From Catajapyx aquilonaris (lineage: Eukaryota): a DNA stretch of 56,233 bases. The position numbers and the translations under genes were made by a program. The notes beneath the pieces are model-generated. The model was not told the origin of the DNA, searched no databases, and saw nothing but the letters and a program-made list of their open reading frames with translations. Below, piece by piece: positions 13,101 through 25,365 of this stretch. Positions within the stretch are counted from its first letter, which is position 1. Every line of letters starts with the position of its first letter. The stretch lies in contig KZ538650.1 in NCBI GenBank assembly GCA_000934665.2, forward strand, positions 1 to 56,233, read 5' to 3'.

Positions 13101-16100
13101 GTATTTTGTGCGGTTCTCCATTTCCAAATTCGCACGTTATGGGGTGTAACGTTTTTCATGTTTGGGATGTAACGACTTCGGATGACTGTTACGTAATGGC
13201 CATTGGTCATAAGAGTAAAATATAGTCATAGAAAGTTAGCCCGAAGCCTATTTGACACGTCTGTGAAAATCACAGCTCATTTTACTCACACCAATCACAG
13301 GAATTGAAATGAACTCACAGGTCACTTTTCCTGCTGTACATTTCGCGTTAACGGAAGTTTACAGGGCTACAAAACCTTAACAAATTTTTATATTTCATTG
13401 AACCTTCACAACTCGACAGCTGCACTTGTCTACTAAATGCCCTGTGAAAGTCATGACTTGAAACCCCCGTTTTCCCATTTAAATCTTGCGTCAAAGTTCA
13501 AAAATTGTGTGCGATGTGTGGGGTGTAACATATGGAATTGCTCNGCAGGGTATAGGGAATCACATATATGTAAATGCACGGATGAACGGGTGAGGGTGGG
13601 GGGGGGATTTCTCAAGTACGCGTTGCATAGTCGTGTAATATTTATATTTAAAATATAATATTGAGAGTTTGTTGTCTGAGATGGGCAGGGGGGGGGGGGT
13701 TATATGGTGGTTTATAGGGTGATTTTTACCATTTTTAATTTAGTTCATATTTTGGGTTAGCTTGTGGTTCCCGTCATCGCTGACTACCCCTTTATAGGGA
13801 AATGTCGTGATGGTGTTGTTGTTGTTGTTGTTGTCGTTGTCAGCCTCGTTACCGAGGGGTGTGAACAAAGCAACGTATAAAAAGAGTATATGCCTATTAC
13901 TGTAACATTCTCATTGATATCACGCATCCAAATTGAGTTGATAGTCTATATACTATAAGTTGTGCAATATTAGCTCAAAATAACCCAAAATATTGAACCT
14001 TACACGGGACACAAATGTGCTCAATACAGTTGGCCACTGTCTTAAGGTACAATAATTGCATGACTTTAATCTGGTATATTACAGTGATACTGCAATCAAT
14101 TCAACAATGGTTCAAACTTATTCCATTCTAGGGTATGGAGAAGATTGTGTCTCAATCGGCACATTTCATTATAGGTTAAAAGGATTTAAAGATGCTCCCA
14201 CAGATCATTACATGCGTCCGTTTTTCCTGGAAGCTGACAAGCATAGAAAAACATTCAAGGCGAGGTGCTTCAAAAACACTCCTGAACATAAGGTGAGAGT
14301 TGCCTTGCAGCATAGGAAAGCAATTCTGCGTGGCTCACGCAGAATATTACTGATCTTAGGAGTTATGCTGCAGTTATTTGTTTTGGTTCTCATTATTAAA
14401 CACATGTATAACATTCATAAATAATTGTGAGATGTATATTATTTTCATGTGGGCCTACTTTTGGTGCACTTTCAGGTTTTCATGAACTACGTCACAAATT
14501 TCTTCAGATATTATCGCGATAAACCCAAATTTATGTTCGCATTTCATGGAGAACTGAGTCATGACGATCTCAATATGCTGGAAGCAGCCGATGAAGACAT
14601 GTTACGAATGATCAAAGACCTCGACGAGGAACATTTTCTTAATAACACGCTCTTGATCATTATGAGCGATCATGGATCAAGGTAAAGAAAATGGAACTGC
14701 GTAATTTCAAAAATTCAATGTCGCACTTATTTTATGTTTGACTGTACAGTACTTTCATTAACGCTAGTTCCAACAATACATTAGATTCACCAGCATAAGG
14801 GAAACCCTGCAAGGAAAGCAAGAAGAAAGGAATCCCATGTTCAGCTTTATTTTTCCCCCGTGGTTCAGTTCCGTCTATCCTCAAGCTTACAAAAATTTCC
14901 AGTAAGTATAAAGTAATGGTCTACCTTGACATCGAACAAGGAATATTCTGAAATCAATCTCAGATCATTAACAACAAAGATCCTTAGAGAAAACGTAAAG
15001 GTTGCCCATTCAAAAGCCTACAACTGACCCCCCCCCCCATTCAAATGTCCCGTGTTTACCTACATAATTACCTACAAATAAACTTGACAAACATGATTAA
15101 CTGAAGAATATTATTTGCAGAGAAAATTCCAAAGTACTGACAACTCCGTTTGATATTCACGCAACTTTAAGAAGTGTACTACATTTCAAGTATGACGCAC
15201 CTGGAAACCTGAAATCTCGATCAATCAACTTGTTTCAGAAGGTATGTATTGTTCAATAATAATTACACTACACTGTCTTTCTTGCAAACTTGGTGATTTT
15301 CGTGGAGGGACCCAGTGTAAAATTAATGCATGTGTAATAATATTACTATTCTTCTTTCTCTGTCCCTCTACTACAGTAATAGAATAATAATTGCGAATTC
15401 AGCTTTGGAGTAACGCACACTTACCAGTTCTTTTACTCACACATGGGACTGTCACATGGCTTTCAAATGCTTATTTTAATTTCGAATATTTGAAATACTG
15501 TGGCGAGTCAAAACAAATTGGGACTGATTTTTTATGTGATAAAGAAAATTAGTTCATGACTTTTTGTGAGTGACATCGTGTCCAGAATGGCTTGAAGTAT
15601 TATATCACCAATTTTTGTTTGAATATTCCAAAACCCCAAGTGACAGTGACACCGAAAGTAAGCCTATTAGGTTTGCATTCGCCTCCGCTCTTCCAGGAGG
15701 TTGGCGGTTGGCAATATTCAGTATTGATGTTTTGGTTCCGTTTGAAGAAAACAGCCACAGAGGTGTACGACATCACATTCACATGTGTAGAGCTAGTGAC
15801 CATCCTATTACTGAGCCCTTTTATCTAACCAAAAACTTCTCAGCTCATGTTATCGAAAGCCTAACGTGAAAGGAACTAGTAATACACAATGTCTTACAAT
15901 GACAATCATATTTTACTAGTACTTGCACATGCCTTTGCTCCTATAGATACCCATAGAAAGAAACTGTGAGCACGCCAAGATTGAAAGTCACTGGTGCTCT
16001 TGCTTAACCTGGAAAGAAGTACCAACTACAGACCCAGTCATTCAAAATGCAGCCCAGGCAGCAGTGGACTTCTTGAACGGACTTACCCAATCCGACAGGG

Positions 16101-17307
16101 ACATTTGCGCTACTTTAACACTTGCCAAGGTCGTCTGGGCTGGCAGGTTCATTCCCAACAATGGTACAGTCTCTCAATAGCAAAGAATTTTATTTTCCAT
16201 CAGCTTACTGCAGTCAGCTGCATTCACATAACACTATGCAACACGATATTTGTCCATGGAAATTCATCGTCATATTCGTGTTCCTTAGCTCACAAGTACG
16301 AGGGCAGTACCAAAATGATTTACAGTGGTTTTTTTTGCCGAAAATACACGGGCCATGCAGGTCGGAAAATATGCACACACTATCTACAGAACCATCCTGG
16401 AGCCGAATGCACAGGAGTTATGGGTGTGTCAACCTCTCCAGGCCCCGCAGGAACCACTTTTTGGAGGTGCGACGCATCTACTACCGGACAACTTTTCAGT
16501 CAGAAACTATCAACAATAATGTCCTTACAATGGCGTCGGCGAAGGGATTTTTTCATGGATCCTGCTTTGAGTGCTTCCATCACCCGCACCCACCGTATCC
16601 CCTGGCCTGGCCTCCAGTGACTTTGTTTGTTCGTGTGTTAGTTTGTAATACCCCGTGATAGGGCCACTTGATATGCAGCCTTATGGTAGGTTTGTACAGC
16701 TGTGATTATTTTCAGAAAAATCTGAGATGGTCTAGCAACATTTAAAAACTGCTATATTTGAGGACTTTGGTTTTTTGACTGCCCCGAGGTCAAAAACAAA
16801 TCAAAGACAAAATGAATGCCCATTATGAGTTACCTGTGACCTAAGGAACACGAATATGACGATGAATTTCCACGGACAAAAAAAGTCGAATTTTGTAGTG
16901 TAATTTATCAGAACAGCGTGTACAACTGGTGTACAAGCATTCTTTCAAAATCACCACTGCCAGCTTCAATTCGCTTGGTGGCAATGTAAAATTAAATTGC
17001 TACAAAATCCTCTAATGTTTCAGATCTCTTGAAATTCAAGAAAAACGCAGACATGGATGGATTTGTCCCCGACCTAACCGACAACACCGAGGTCTCCGAA
17101 GAGATGTACCAAATTCACTTCCACACCAATCCAGGCGATGGGCATTTCGAAGTGTCCATCAAGCGCAAGGTGAAGGAAAACACTTATGACATGAAGGAAT
17201 CAGAAGTCAGTCGTATTAACAAATACGGCTCCCAAGCTCGCTGCTTAGAAGAGCGCAATAATCTTGACATTCGAAAGTATTGCTATTGCAAGAAAACAGA
17301 TTCTTAA
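10142..17307 (+). CDS. DUF229-family protein, paralogue B
   Basis: Exons 10142-10281, 10488-10678, 10835-10952, 11037-11290, 11497-11610, 14132-14292, 14476-14681, 14785-14901, 15121-15241, 15947-16163, 17024-17307. Intron positions, phases and motifs match paralogue A. Confidence 0.9.
11927..13543. mobile_element. Non-autonomous DNA transposon with GAGCAATTCCA termini (Sola2-like), in intron 5 of DUF229 gene B
   Basis: 5' GAGCAATTCCA and 3' TGGAATTGCTC; repeated internal GGGGTGTAAC motifs; near-identical second copy at 55597. The right flank is an N (13544), so the TSD cannot be confirmed. The family call rests on the GRG termini only. Confidence 0.75.
12791..12845 (-). repeat. Short degenerate (TTAGG)n / (CCTAA)n tract inside the transposon
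   Basis: TAACCTAACCTAACCTAACC followed by degenerate units. Confidence 0.75.
16232..16900. mobile_element. Non-autonomous Chapaev3/CMC-like DNA transposon in intron 10 of DUF229 gene B
   Basis: CAC...GTG termini, about 65 bp imperfect TIRs sharing GGAAATTCATCGTCATATTCGTGTTCCTTAG, and a 3-bp TAA duplication on both sides (16229-16231, 16901-16903). Confidence 0.8.
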
Positions 17308-17856
17308 TGATTCTGGACAAGTTATCATCACCGCACGACAAAGTCAATAAATATTATAATAAATATTACGTATTATGTATTCCCATACGTCCATTATAAT
17401 GGGTTTTGGTAAAGTTGCAAGATACAGAAATGTATCTTGCATTCTTCTGTCCCGCGTTAAAAATATTTGTGTGTGTTTTGTGTGTTTTGATACCATTATT
17501 AGTAGCCTATGTCATTAAAGAGCAACTTTGCTGGGATTAAGAGAGGTGTTTGATATTATTATTTTGTGATGTGTTAGTGTGCAAGGGTTGTTACTACACA
17601 CTGATGTCCAACGACATCTGTCATGTATCCAACATTGCCAAAATTCAACTATAGCCAACTCTTCAACGTGAAGGTGCCCACTGAATGGCTGCAGGATTTT
17701 CATCTCCGGAAGAATCACCGGTATGGAGCACAGAAAATATCATACTCATATGGCCCAAAACTGAAAACTTTATTTGAAACCTCATCTGATGTTCCAGAAA
17801 GGAATAAGTGACTGAAAAGCTTAGTCCGCACATCTAAGCACAAACACATGCGCTCC

Positions 17857-19224
17857 TTATCGGAATGAATGGCACAATGTTTTTACACATCGCTTATCAG
17901 AGTCGATAGACAGGTAGGCGAAGTTCTGCACATGGTCGGGGTCCTCGGGGTAATATGGAGTGTCGCCGTTATAGGCGTAGATACGAAAAACGTTTGACGT
18001 CACTCGCAGTTCTTCTCTCTCGTCATCTTTGATCACTCTTTAAATTTAAAAAAAAAAATAGAAAAAAATGTCATGAACTTTGTGAAAGGCAGTATATTCC
18101 ACGCCAGCCTTAAACATCGCAAAAATACTTACGTAACAAAATCTTTGTACAGACTCTTCACTACGTCAAGATAGGGCTGAATTGTGTCTTCATACTGGCA
18201 CAACTTACCTCCGATGCTAATATGCTTTAGAAGGTGGAAAATAAATTCGTTGCGTCCTTCTTCAGAAAACAATTCAATAAAATCGCTCTCTTCGCTCAAA
18301 AACATCTGCGTAATAAACAGACATTTTAATAAACAATCTGCATTATGCTGAATAATAATCATGGAAGAATAACTTATTATCTTCACCTTTCTCAATTCAT
18401 CACTAACAATAATGTCGTCGTGGGTTTCATCGAAGCACTTCTTAATGGCACCTGAATCGCGCACTACGCCACCAGAATACAATGGATCAAAGAAGTTCAA
18501 AGACGTCACTGTGCATGAAACCGGCTCTACTTTGATCCTCGTTGCTGTCACGCCTGAGAAAAGAGCACAAAATAATTCTTCACAACTGTTCAGGTTTCAT
18601 TCTTCCCAATATAAACCAGACAAACTACCTTCAATTGTCTTTATAGGAGTTGATAAATTCATGTGATTAAATTTCGTTTAGTGCGCCTCGTGATAGTAAT
18701 CGTAGCACATAGCAATCATTTGATATGACAAAATATTTCCATTCAGTTTCCTGTCCTCATATGGTAGCCCATATAGACACTGTAATTGTACAGTGCATGA
18801 AATAAAAACTTCCTTACCGACGGGTTGGCACTGATCGTAACCGGTGACACGAAGCAAAGTGGATGCCACTTCGGGGCTGTGCATGAAAGACTGAAAATAT
18901 TGAACGACGTTAGTATTTACAGGGTTAAAGATACCCATCATTCGTAAATACTATTAAAACCTGTGTAAAATCATTTCTTTGGTAGCTCTCGAAGCTTTCG
19001 TTGAAGTTGTACGCCTGCATTATCAGCCGGCCATTCATCGACCTAAAAATCAATAGTATACAGAAAGCATTAACCACGATTTTTATGCCTGTCAAAGATC
19101 GATGTACTACTTCCACTTCACACGGATATTACCATTTTTCCAATAGCTCCTTGGTCTTGGGGTCTTCCAAAGCACGCGACTTCCACTGAGGGAGATGATG
19201 GAACGTGTACTTGGCCTCCATCAT
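17857..19224 (-). CDS. CFAP300: Cilia- and flagella-associated protein 300 (C11orf70), dynein arm assembly factor
   Basis: Exons (minus) 19224-19133, 19042-18961, 18890-18818, 18553-18387, 18305-18133, 18037-17857. Translation includes KWSMNGRL..AYNFNESF, VSDELRK, EFIFHLLKHISIGGKLCQYED.IQPYLDVVKSLYKD and HVQNFAYLSID, matching my recollection of C11orf70. Confidence 0.9.
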
Positions 19225-19235
19225 CACTGGCTTGT

Positions 19236-19260
19236 TGTTTGCTCAATGTTGCCACGGACC
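19236..19260. promoter_or_regulatory. Forkhead site (TGTTTGC) next to an RFX X-box-like motif (GTTGCCACGGAC) upstream of CFAP300
   Basis: TGTTTGC at 19236-19242 (GCAAACA, fits RYMAAYA) and GTTGCCACGG at 19248-19257, 12-35 bp from the CFAP300 ATG. The second half of the X-box is imperfect. Confidence 0.5.
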
Positions 19261-19780
19261 AAACTGTTTGACACCAAGCATGGTAGCCACACGAAACTGG
19301 TAAGTACGATCAGCCTCCAGCTTTGGGCCAGAGTTTTTAGTTTAGTTTATTCGGAAGGAGCCAAAGCAACTATGGCGATCTGGAAGAATACGCCTGTCCG
19401 ACTTGGGTGGCCCTCACCGTGGTGCAAAAAGGACCTTGAACGAGGCGCGCTACAAGTGAAAGGGAACAATTTTTATCGATACGTGCAAAAGAATATCGAT
19501 GCGTGAGGTCAGCTGATAACAATGGCCGCTGATGGTCCTGTGCTCGGATGAATGACAGGCTGCGTCCTTCCCAATCCGACAGAGCAAGTCGACGCCCACG
19601 AAACACTGCCAGACAGACACGACTCCTTCGAACCCGTGACGCCAGGTACTGTGCGGATAACCACCTGGTAGCATGCCACTATTGGTCAAGTTCCATTGTT
19701 GACAGTTCATTGTCGTTGGTATTTGAGCATTGCCTGGCCACTACAGGTCAATTGTCTCTTGGCAGGGTAACGGTGCAGCC

Positions 19781-21821
19781 ATGGGGGAGAGGCAGCAGTA
19801 CTGTATGAAGTGGAACAACTTTACGGACAACATGGTGGTGGCGCTGGACAACCTGAGGGAGGAGGAGGACTTTGTGGACGTGACCATCGCATGCGACGGA
19901 GCCAGCATCAAGGCACACAAAGTCATCCTCTCCGCCTGCAGCCTCTACTTCAGGAGGTTGCTCAAGGTGCTGGGAAGACTCAATATGCACCGAGGACAAT
20001 TTGTTGTTACATATGCTTATAATGAACAGCATGTCTAATCATGTTTCAAATTTACAGGAGAATCCGTGCCAGCATCCGATTGTGATTCTGAGGGATGTGC
20101 ATCAGTGGGAGATGCAGGCCATTCTGGCCTTTATGTACAATGGGCAAGTCATGGTAGAGGAGGACCGCATTCCACAGCTGCTGCGCACAGCCGAGCTACT
20201 GGAGGTCAGGGGACTAGCAGACGTTACCAAGAAGAATGATGTAAGGACTAAAACAATATAGTTGCATGAAGGCATGGAGCTAATTTTTATACAGTAAAAT
20301 CTCGATATAACGCTCTTCAAGGGAGCGCCCAAAAGTAGCGATATGTTGGAAAATTCATCTTATGGAAATGATCAAGGGGCGTTAAAAGCGGGAGCGTTAT
20401 ATCGAGGTTTTACTCGACTCAATCAGTTTGTAAATATCTGTTAACGTTCACAGCCATCAGAAGAGGTCCCAGACCACCAGCCAAATGCACCAAAGCGATC
20501 TTCCGAGTTATGCTACGGGACACCTCCCCCCAACAAGAAAGCCCGCCCCATACCAATGTTACAGTCTATTCTTAACCAGTCCGTGGTAGAACCAACTGGC
20601 ATTGGTGCTACAACTGGTGCTAGAGCAATAAATACAGGTCACATTGACATTAACAGCAACAGCAGCAATAGCTCCAGCAGCAGTGGGAGTGATCCAGCAA
20701 TAAAATCACCTGAGGCACAAGCTGATGAAATGGGGAGGGATGGAGAGCAGTTTGAGGATGAGGTGAAGGAGACTAGGAGAGCAGGAGAAGAACAGGAAGA
20801 TGAGGAGATGCATTTTAAGGAGGAGATTGTGGAAGACGACTTTGAGGATGAAGGTCCAGAAGCCATGGAGGATGGGATGCTGGAGATGGAGGCCAACAAC
20901 GGGGAGGATGCCCTGCACCTGCACTCAGGGATGCTGTCACAGGGACTCTTCTCCACCCCTTTGGGAAGCAATGCCAATTCCGCAGCTGGTGTTGTTATGT
21001 CCATGTCCGCAGCTGCTAGACTCAAGGCAGTTGTTTCACAGGCACAGAGTCAGTCGCTTTATTTTATTAATTTTACATGTTCATCTTGCAAGTATAATTA
21101 TTGCATTTTTGTAATGTCTCAGCCAATTGGCACAATTTGTTAACTTTTGTGAAGTTGTAATTTAAAATGAAGTCCAGAATTAGAGTCGGTAAAATAACTC
21201 ATGCAAAAACTGGCAATTATAATTTGTGTTAGTATGCTCGCATGTCTGATGTTAACATGCACGTTCCTTTCATTATCCTTTGGAAAGCAATGCCGCTCTT
21301 CTTACATATCTGCAATATCCCCAACTAGGTGCCAAGATGGATGGTGGTTGCCAATTTTCAGAATTAGGATTACTACCTGGTATGTTACCTTCATTAGCTG
21401 GAGTGGGTCCAACTATTAGTGATAATGGTGAGCATCTTTTCAAAATGATCAGTCTCGCATTCTTTTGCACCATCTAAAATGAGAGATGTGCAAGCGTCTG
21501 CTGGCATTGTGTATTGACTTGGTGCAGTTGTTTTCACCAGAGACATACACTGTGATGTACATTTTACCAGCCTGTTTTGGAAATATAATCCAAGGGTATA
21601 ATGAGCTTCCTCTCTTTGTTTCAGACATTCCCCGAAAGCTAGCCTTCCACGAGCCTCGCCCATGCCCTGTTTGCAGGCGGATATATCGAGATGCTGCCAC
21701 CCTTCGAACTCACACTGCCATAATGCACACCGAGAGCAATGATCCGTTCATATGCAGCTGTGGAGCGCTTTTCCGTACCAAGTTTGAAATGTATGTGCAT
21801 CGCAAGAATGGGCACAAGTGA
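19781..21821 (+). CDS. Ttk/Broad/abrupt-type BTB-C2H2 zinc-finger transcription factor
   Basis: Exons 19781-19966, 20058-20240, 20454-21048, 21329-21427, 21625-21821. BTB domain QQYCMKWNN...DFVDVTIACDG..IKAHKVILSACSLYF...NPCQHPIVILRDV...LAFMYNGQV...LRTAELLEVRGL, then an acidic linker, then two fingers CPVC-x12-H-x4-H and CSC-x12-H-x4-H. Probable 5' non-coding exon donor at 19299/19300. Confidence 0.88.
20292..20415. mobile_element. Tigger/pogo-like MITE in BTB intron 2
   Basis: TA-CAGTAAAATCTCGATATAACG ... CGTTATATCGAGGTTTTACT inverted termini. Confidence 0.7.
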
Positions 21822-24800
21822 GGTGAGAAGTCCTCACATTTTTGTGCCATTCAGGGGAACAAATTTTATGACTGACATCTAAAGGGAGGGTAAAAACATG
21901 AGTGCCAATTGCTTCATTGCATCAGAGGAGTTGCCATAATTCCTCTGCTTGATTATTTAATATACATGAAGAGCTCGGGAGTAAACAATGGTAAGGGTAT
22001 GGGTTTTACATATCCCTTACCATTGTGTACTCCCGAGCCCTTCAAATATTTTAACTCTTGCTGAACAGGATATTGCATGGAGTTAGGCCTACAAGGAGAC
22101 AGCATAAGAAGTTTATTTCTTAGGGGTACTATATTTTCTGTCAATATCAAGTATTCCCTTTTTTTAAATTGGTCCTTATGTCGAGGTTTGTCTGATACTT
22201 AATTTGCATCCTAATAATAATTATACGAAGTGTTTCTCTGTCCAAGTTGCTGTTCCATGCAGGGCTGGGAAAGAATTGCCTGATGTGCATCAGTGCATGT
22301 GTCATGCATGTGCGAAAGGTAAAGAATCCCTAAACCTTGTGCTGAGTCTACACTGGAGTTTAATTGTGATCCAGGAATGACTAATGCATCAGCTCATTCC
22401 CCTCCTCCCTCTGCAGACCATCAACTTAGACAGAGGAATACTGTACTCAGGATATATGACAATTCCAAGTACCATGTACTAATGGTTCCAGTCAGTGGCA
22501 ATATTGACATCATTGTGTATCGGGGAGAGCAGAAAAGAGTTACCTCTAACATACTCACAGCACATATTTGTGATTGCTCCATAATTCACATCAATGGAGA
22601 TCAATGTGCTTCCAAAGAATGCAGCTAAACACTTTATGACAAGCAATATTCAGGAACATCTCTAAAACACTTGCAGCTAAAAGCAGGCTGCTTCTTACTC
22701 GGTCTCATGCTCTCGCTATAGCCAATTCTACCGAGCTTGTGAGCGCACTTTATGGGCAGCTGGATTGTGCTTGTTATTACCTGTTGGTTAATTTTTGTCA
22801 ACATTTACAGTAATAATGATCACAACCTGGCCAAATTTGCTTTACTGCATTTGCTTTACTGCCTTAACTGGATTTTCCTAACATTAATGGACTAGTGTCA
22901 TGTCATGGAAAGGGTATGTGGCTCAAGGATGTGGCTGCTGGGGAATGCATTTCCTAGAGATATATTGGGGAGCTTCTGCTGTAAAACATTCCATGTACTA
23001 TGGATTGATAAATCTGCCAAGGAGACACCAAAAAAATTTATTTAGGAGACAATAGTTTAAAACTTCATGTGCCTGCCAAGATGGTGATTTCATCTTGCAC
23101 TGGTATGTCTTGTCTTAACCTTCGGTAGTCCAGATGCAGAAAAGGGATAGAAATCTGTATCGACCATACCTTGCCATTATATTAATTAATACAAGAGGTT
23201 CCTGCTAGAGATATTCCAGAGCCAGGGTTACATTATTATCATAGAGAAAAAGGCTTTCCAAGATGAAGGTTGTAGTTGCATCTGGCAAATTTACAGTTCA
23301 ACAATGTGTGATACAAAGTGACTTATCAGCTTTCTCCACAATTTTCCATGTGAAGAAACTTTCATTATTATTGAATTGAAATATTGGCTACTTGCACAAT
23401 CTTGCGGAGACTTCTTCGACTACATCAGTCCTACACCAGAAATGGTGAATATGTTACAGTTAGCCAGTTGTTGCTAACTGTTGTTCTTTCTTTTACTATG
23501 TATTTCGTATAAAGTTGTTCACATATCATGCTTTGTTAGAACATCTCTGCTGGTGATATTCCTTTATGGCATTTGGACTTGAGCATGCCTCTGAATTACG
23601 TTTGTGTCACTTTGATACTTCCCAATATGAAAATAAGGCATCAAAGGATTCATGCTTTTTATTTTTACAATTTAGGTTATTTAAAGTCAGCTTCTGTAGA
23701 ATAAATATTAGGAACTAAATAGAATGAGGAGTCAGAAATCACTAATGCAAGTTCTAAAATGTATTGTTTACCTAAGTGAATGGTAGCTTCTCCCAAAAGA
23801 GTTACCCTAATTTATAGATCATGAATGAGCAACAATAAGTAGATTTAATTTGTTTAGATTGCTTATGACTGACAGAATCACCTATTTCATTTCAACTCAT
23901 AATGGAATACAAACTTACAAGTACCCCACATCTACTGACACATGCATCATCTGTAGTGCTTTGCAATGAAAAATACCTGCTGTGTTTACATGGGTGGTTA
24001 AATGAAACAAATTAGGCAATATTTCCAGTACTGTTTGTCTTGTCTCCACCCAGGTGAGACAAACAATAATATTTTGTTTCATTTGAACCACCCATACAAG
24101 TAAACGTGACTTGTACAAAGTGGTAACAATTTAATGAATTTGAATGCTGGTTGAGATATATTTTGCTTGCTCATATCAGGCAAGACAATGCCAAAGAAAT
24201 ACCAAAGTTCAAAGTTTGCCATTTTAAAATCAATCATTAGGTATGGAGGTCAATATGGCATGATGTTGGCATGGTAATTCTAGTATGTAGCACAATTTGA
24301 TCCCATTTTTTCCCTGGCACTAAACATGAAAGTTTTATATTTAAGGTAGATTCAAGGTATGTAATGTACAGATCAGTGACTGCTAAGTTAGTACAAATTG
24401 ATATATACTGTACTATTTTGAGATTATAACAAAGAAGAAGTGACGTATCCAATATAGTGGTTTAATTGGAAGAAGTACGGTAGGGGCAGCTGGACGAAAT
24501 AGGAGTCGGTGAGATATTCGGAATCTGTATGATATATTTGGCTCCAATTTTGGATATGATGCCCTTATGTTGGAGCATTTATGGGAGTTAGAATAGGTTG
24601 CTTTTTTATTGCCTAAATGATGAATCGTGATATTTGTAGTTTAACAGTGAGCTTCCCCTCTACCTGCAAGTAATGTAAAGATTTGCATCCACTTCCACTG
24701 CATTCTCGTCTTTATCTTTAGATGAACATCTGAGACGTGCCTCTTTGGTGTAAGAGTTACCTTGGGCATCTCAGTTGCACTAACTCGGTGACATTCATTT

Positions 24801-25094
24801 CCTACAACTCGGGTAAATCAGGAAGTTGCTATTTAATACTTTGTGAACTTCACAGATTACTTCATTGGGAAGGAAAGACCTGGAAATCATTTTCTAAGCA
24901 TAATTGTTCAATAAATATTAAGGTGGGAACTATATGCCGCCTAACAAAATACGTACAGGTGATATTTGATCTCCATCCACTTGTTTTACAGCATGTTCGG
25001 CTTAAACACAGACATCCCTTACAATTTCTGTGAGCTTCTGGAGGGCCTTTCTGACCATAACTTGGTAGGCAATGTTATTTGTATTACCTAACAG

Positions 25095-25365
25095 GAAATA
25101 TCCAGATAATGTTTGGCAATCTGGGAGGCCAGGCATTTGCTCCACCTTTACCTGGATCCATTTCCAGGCATTTGTTCATAGTTCAGATAATGCCTCACCA
25201 GGAGGCTATCTTTGGGTGTCTCGCCATCTTGCTGGAAGATGATTCCAGCTTTCAATTGATTAGGAAAGGCTTAATACTCTGGAGAGGTGGGGCACTTGTA
25301 AGACCTCATGGATCACTTGACCCCAGTGGATTTTTCTTGGCAGGTCATGTGAAAAACATGGCCAG
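25095..25365 (+). pseudogene. Possible degenerate Tc1/mariner transposase fragment
   Basis: Across a frameshift it reads ...LLED... and LTPVDF / FLAGHVKNM, resembling the DLTPLDFFLWGxxK motif of IS630-Tc1-mariner transposases; heavily decayed. Confidence 0.4.

Noticed and set aside
15994..16658. 208-aa and 178-aa ORFs as genes or transposase
   Set aside because: Off-frame exon 10 running into a non-autonomous element, with no recognisable protein motifs.
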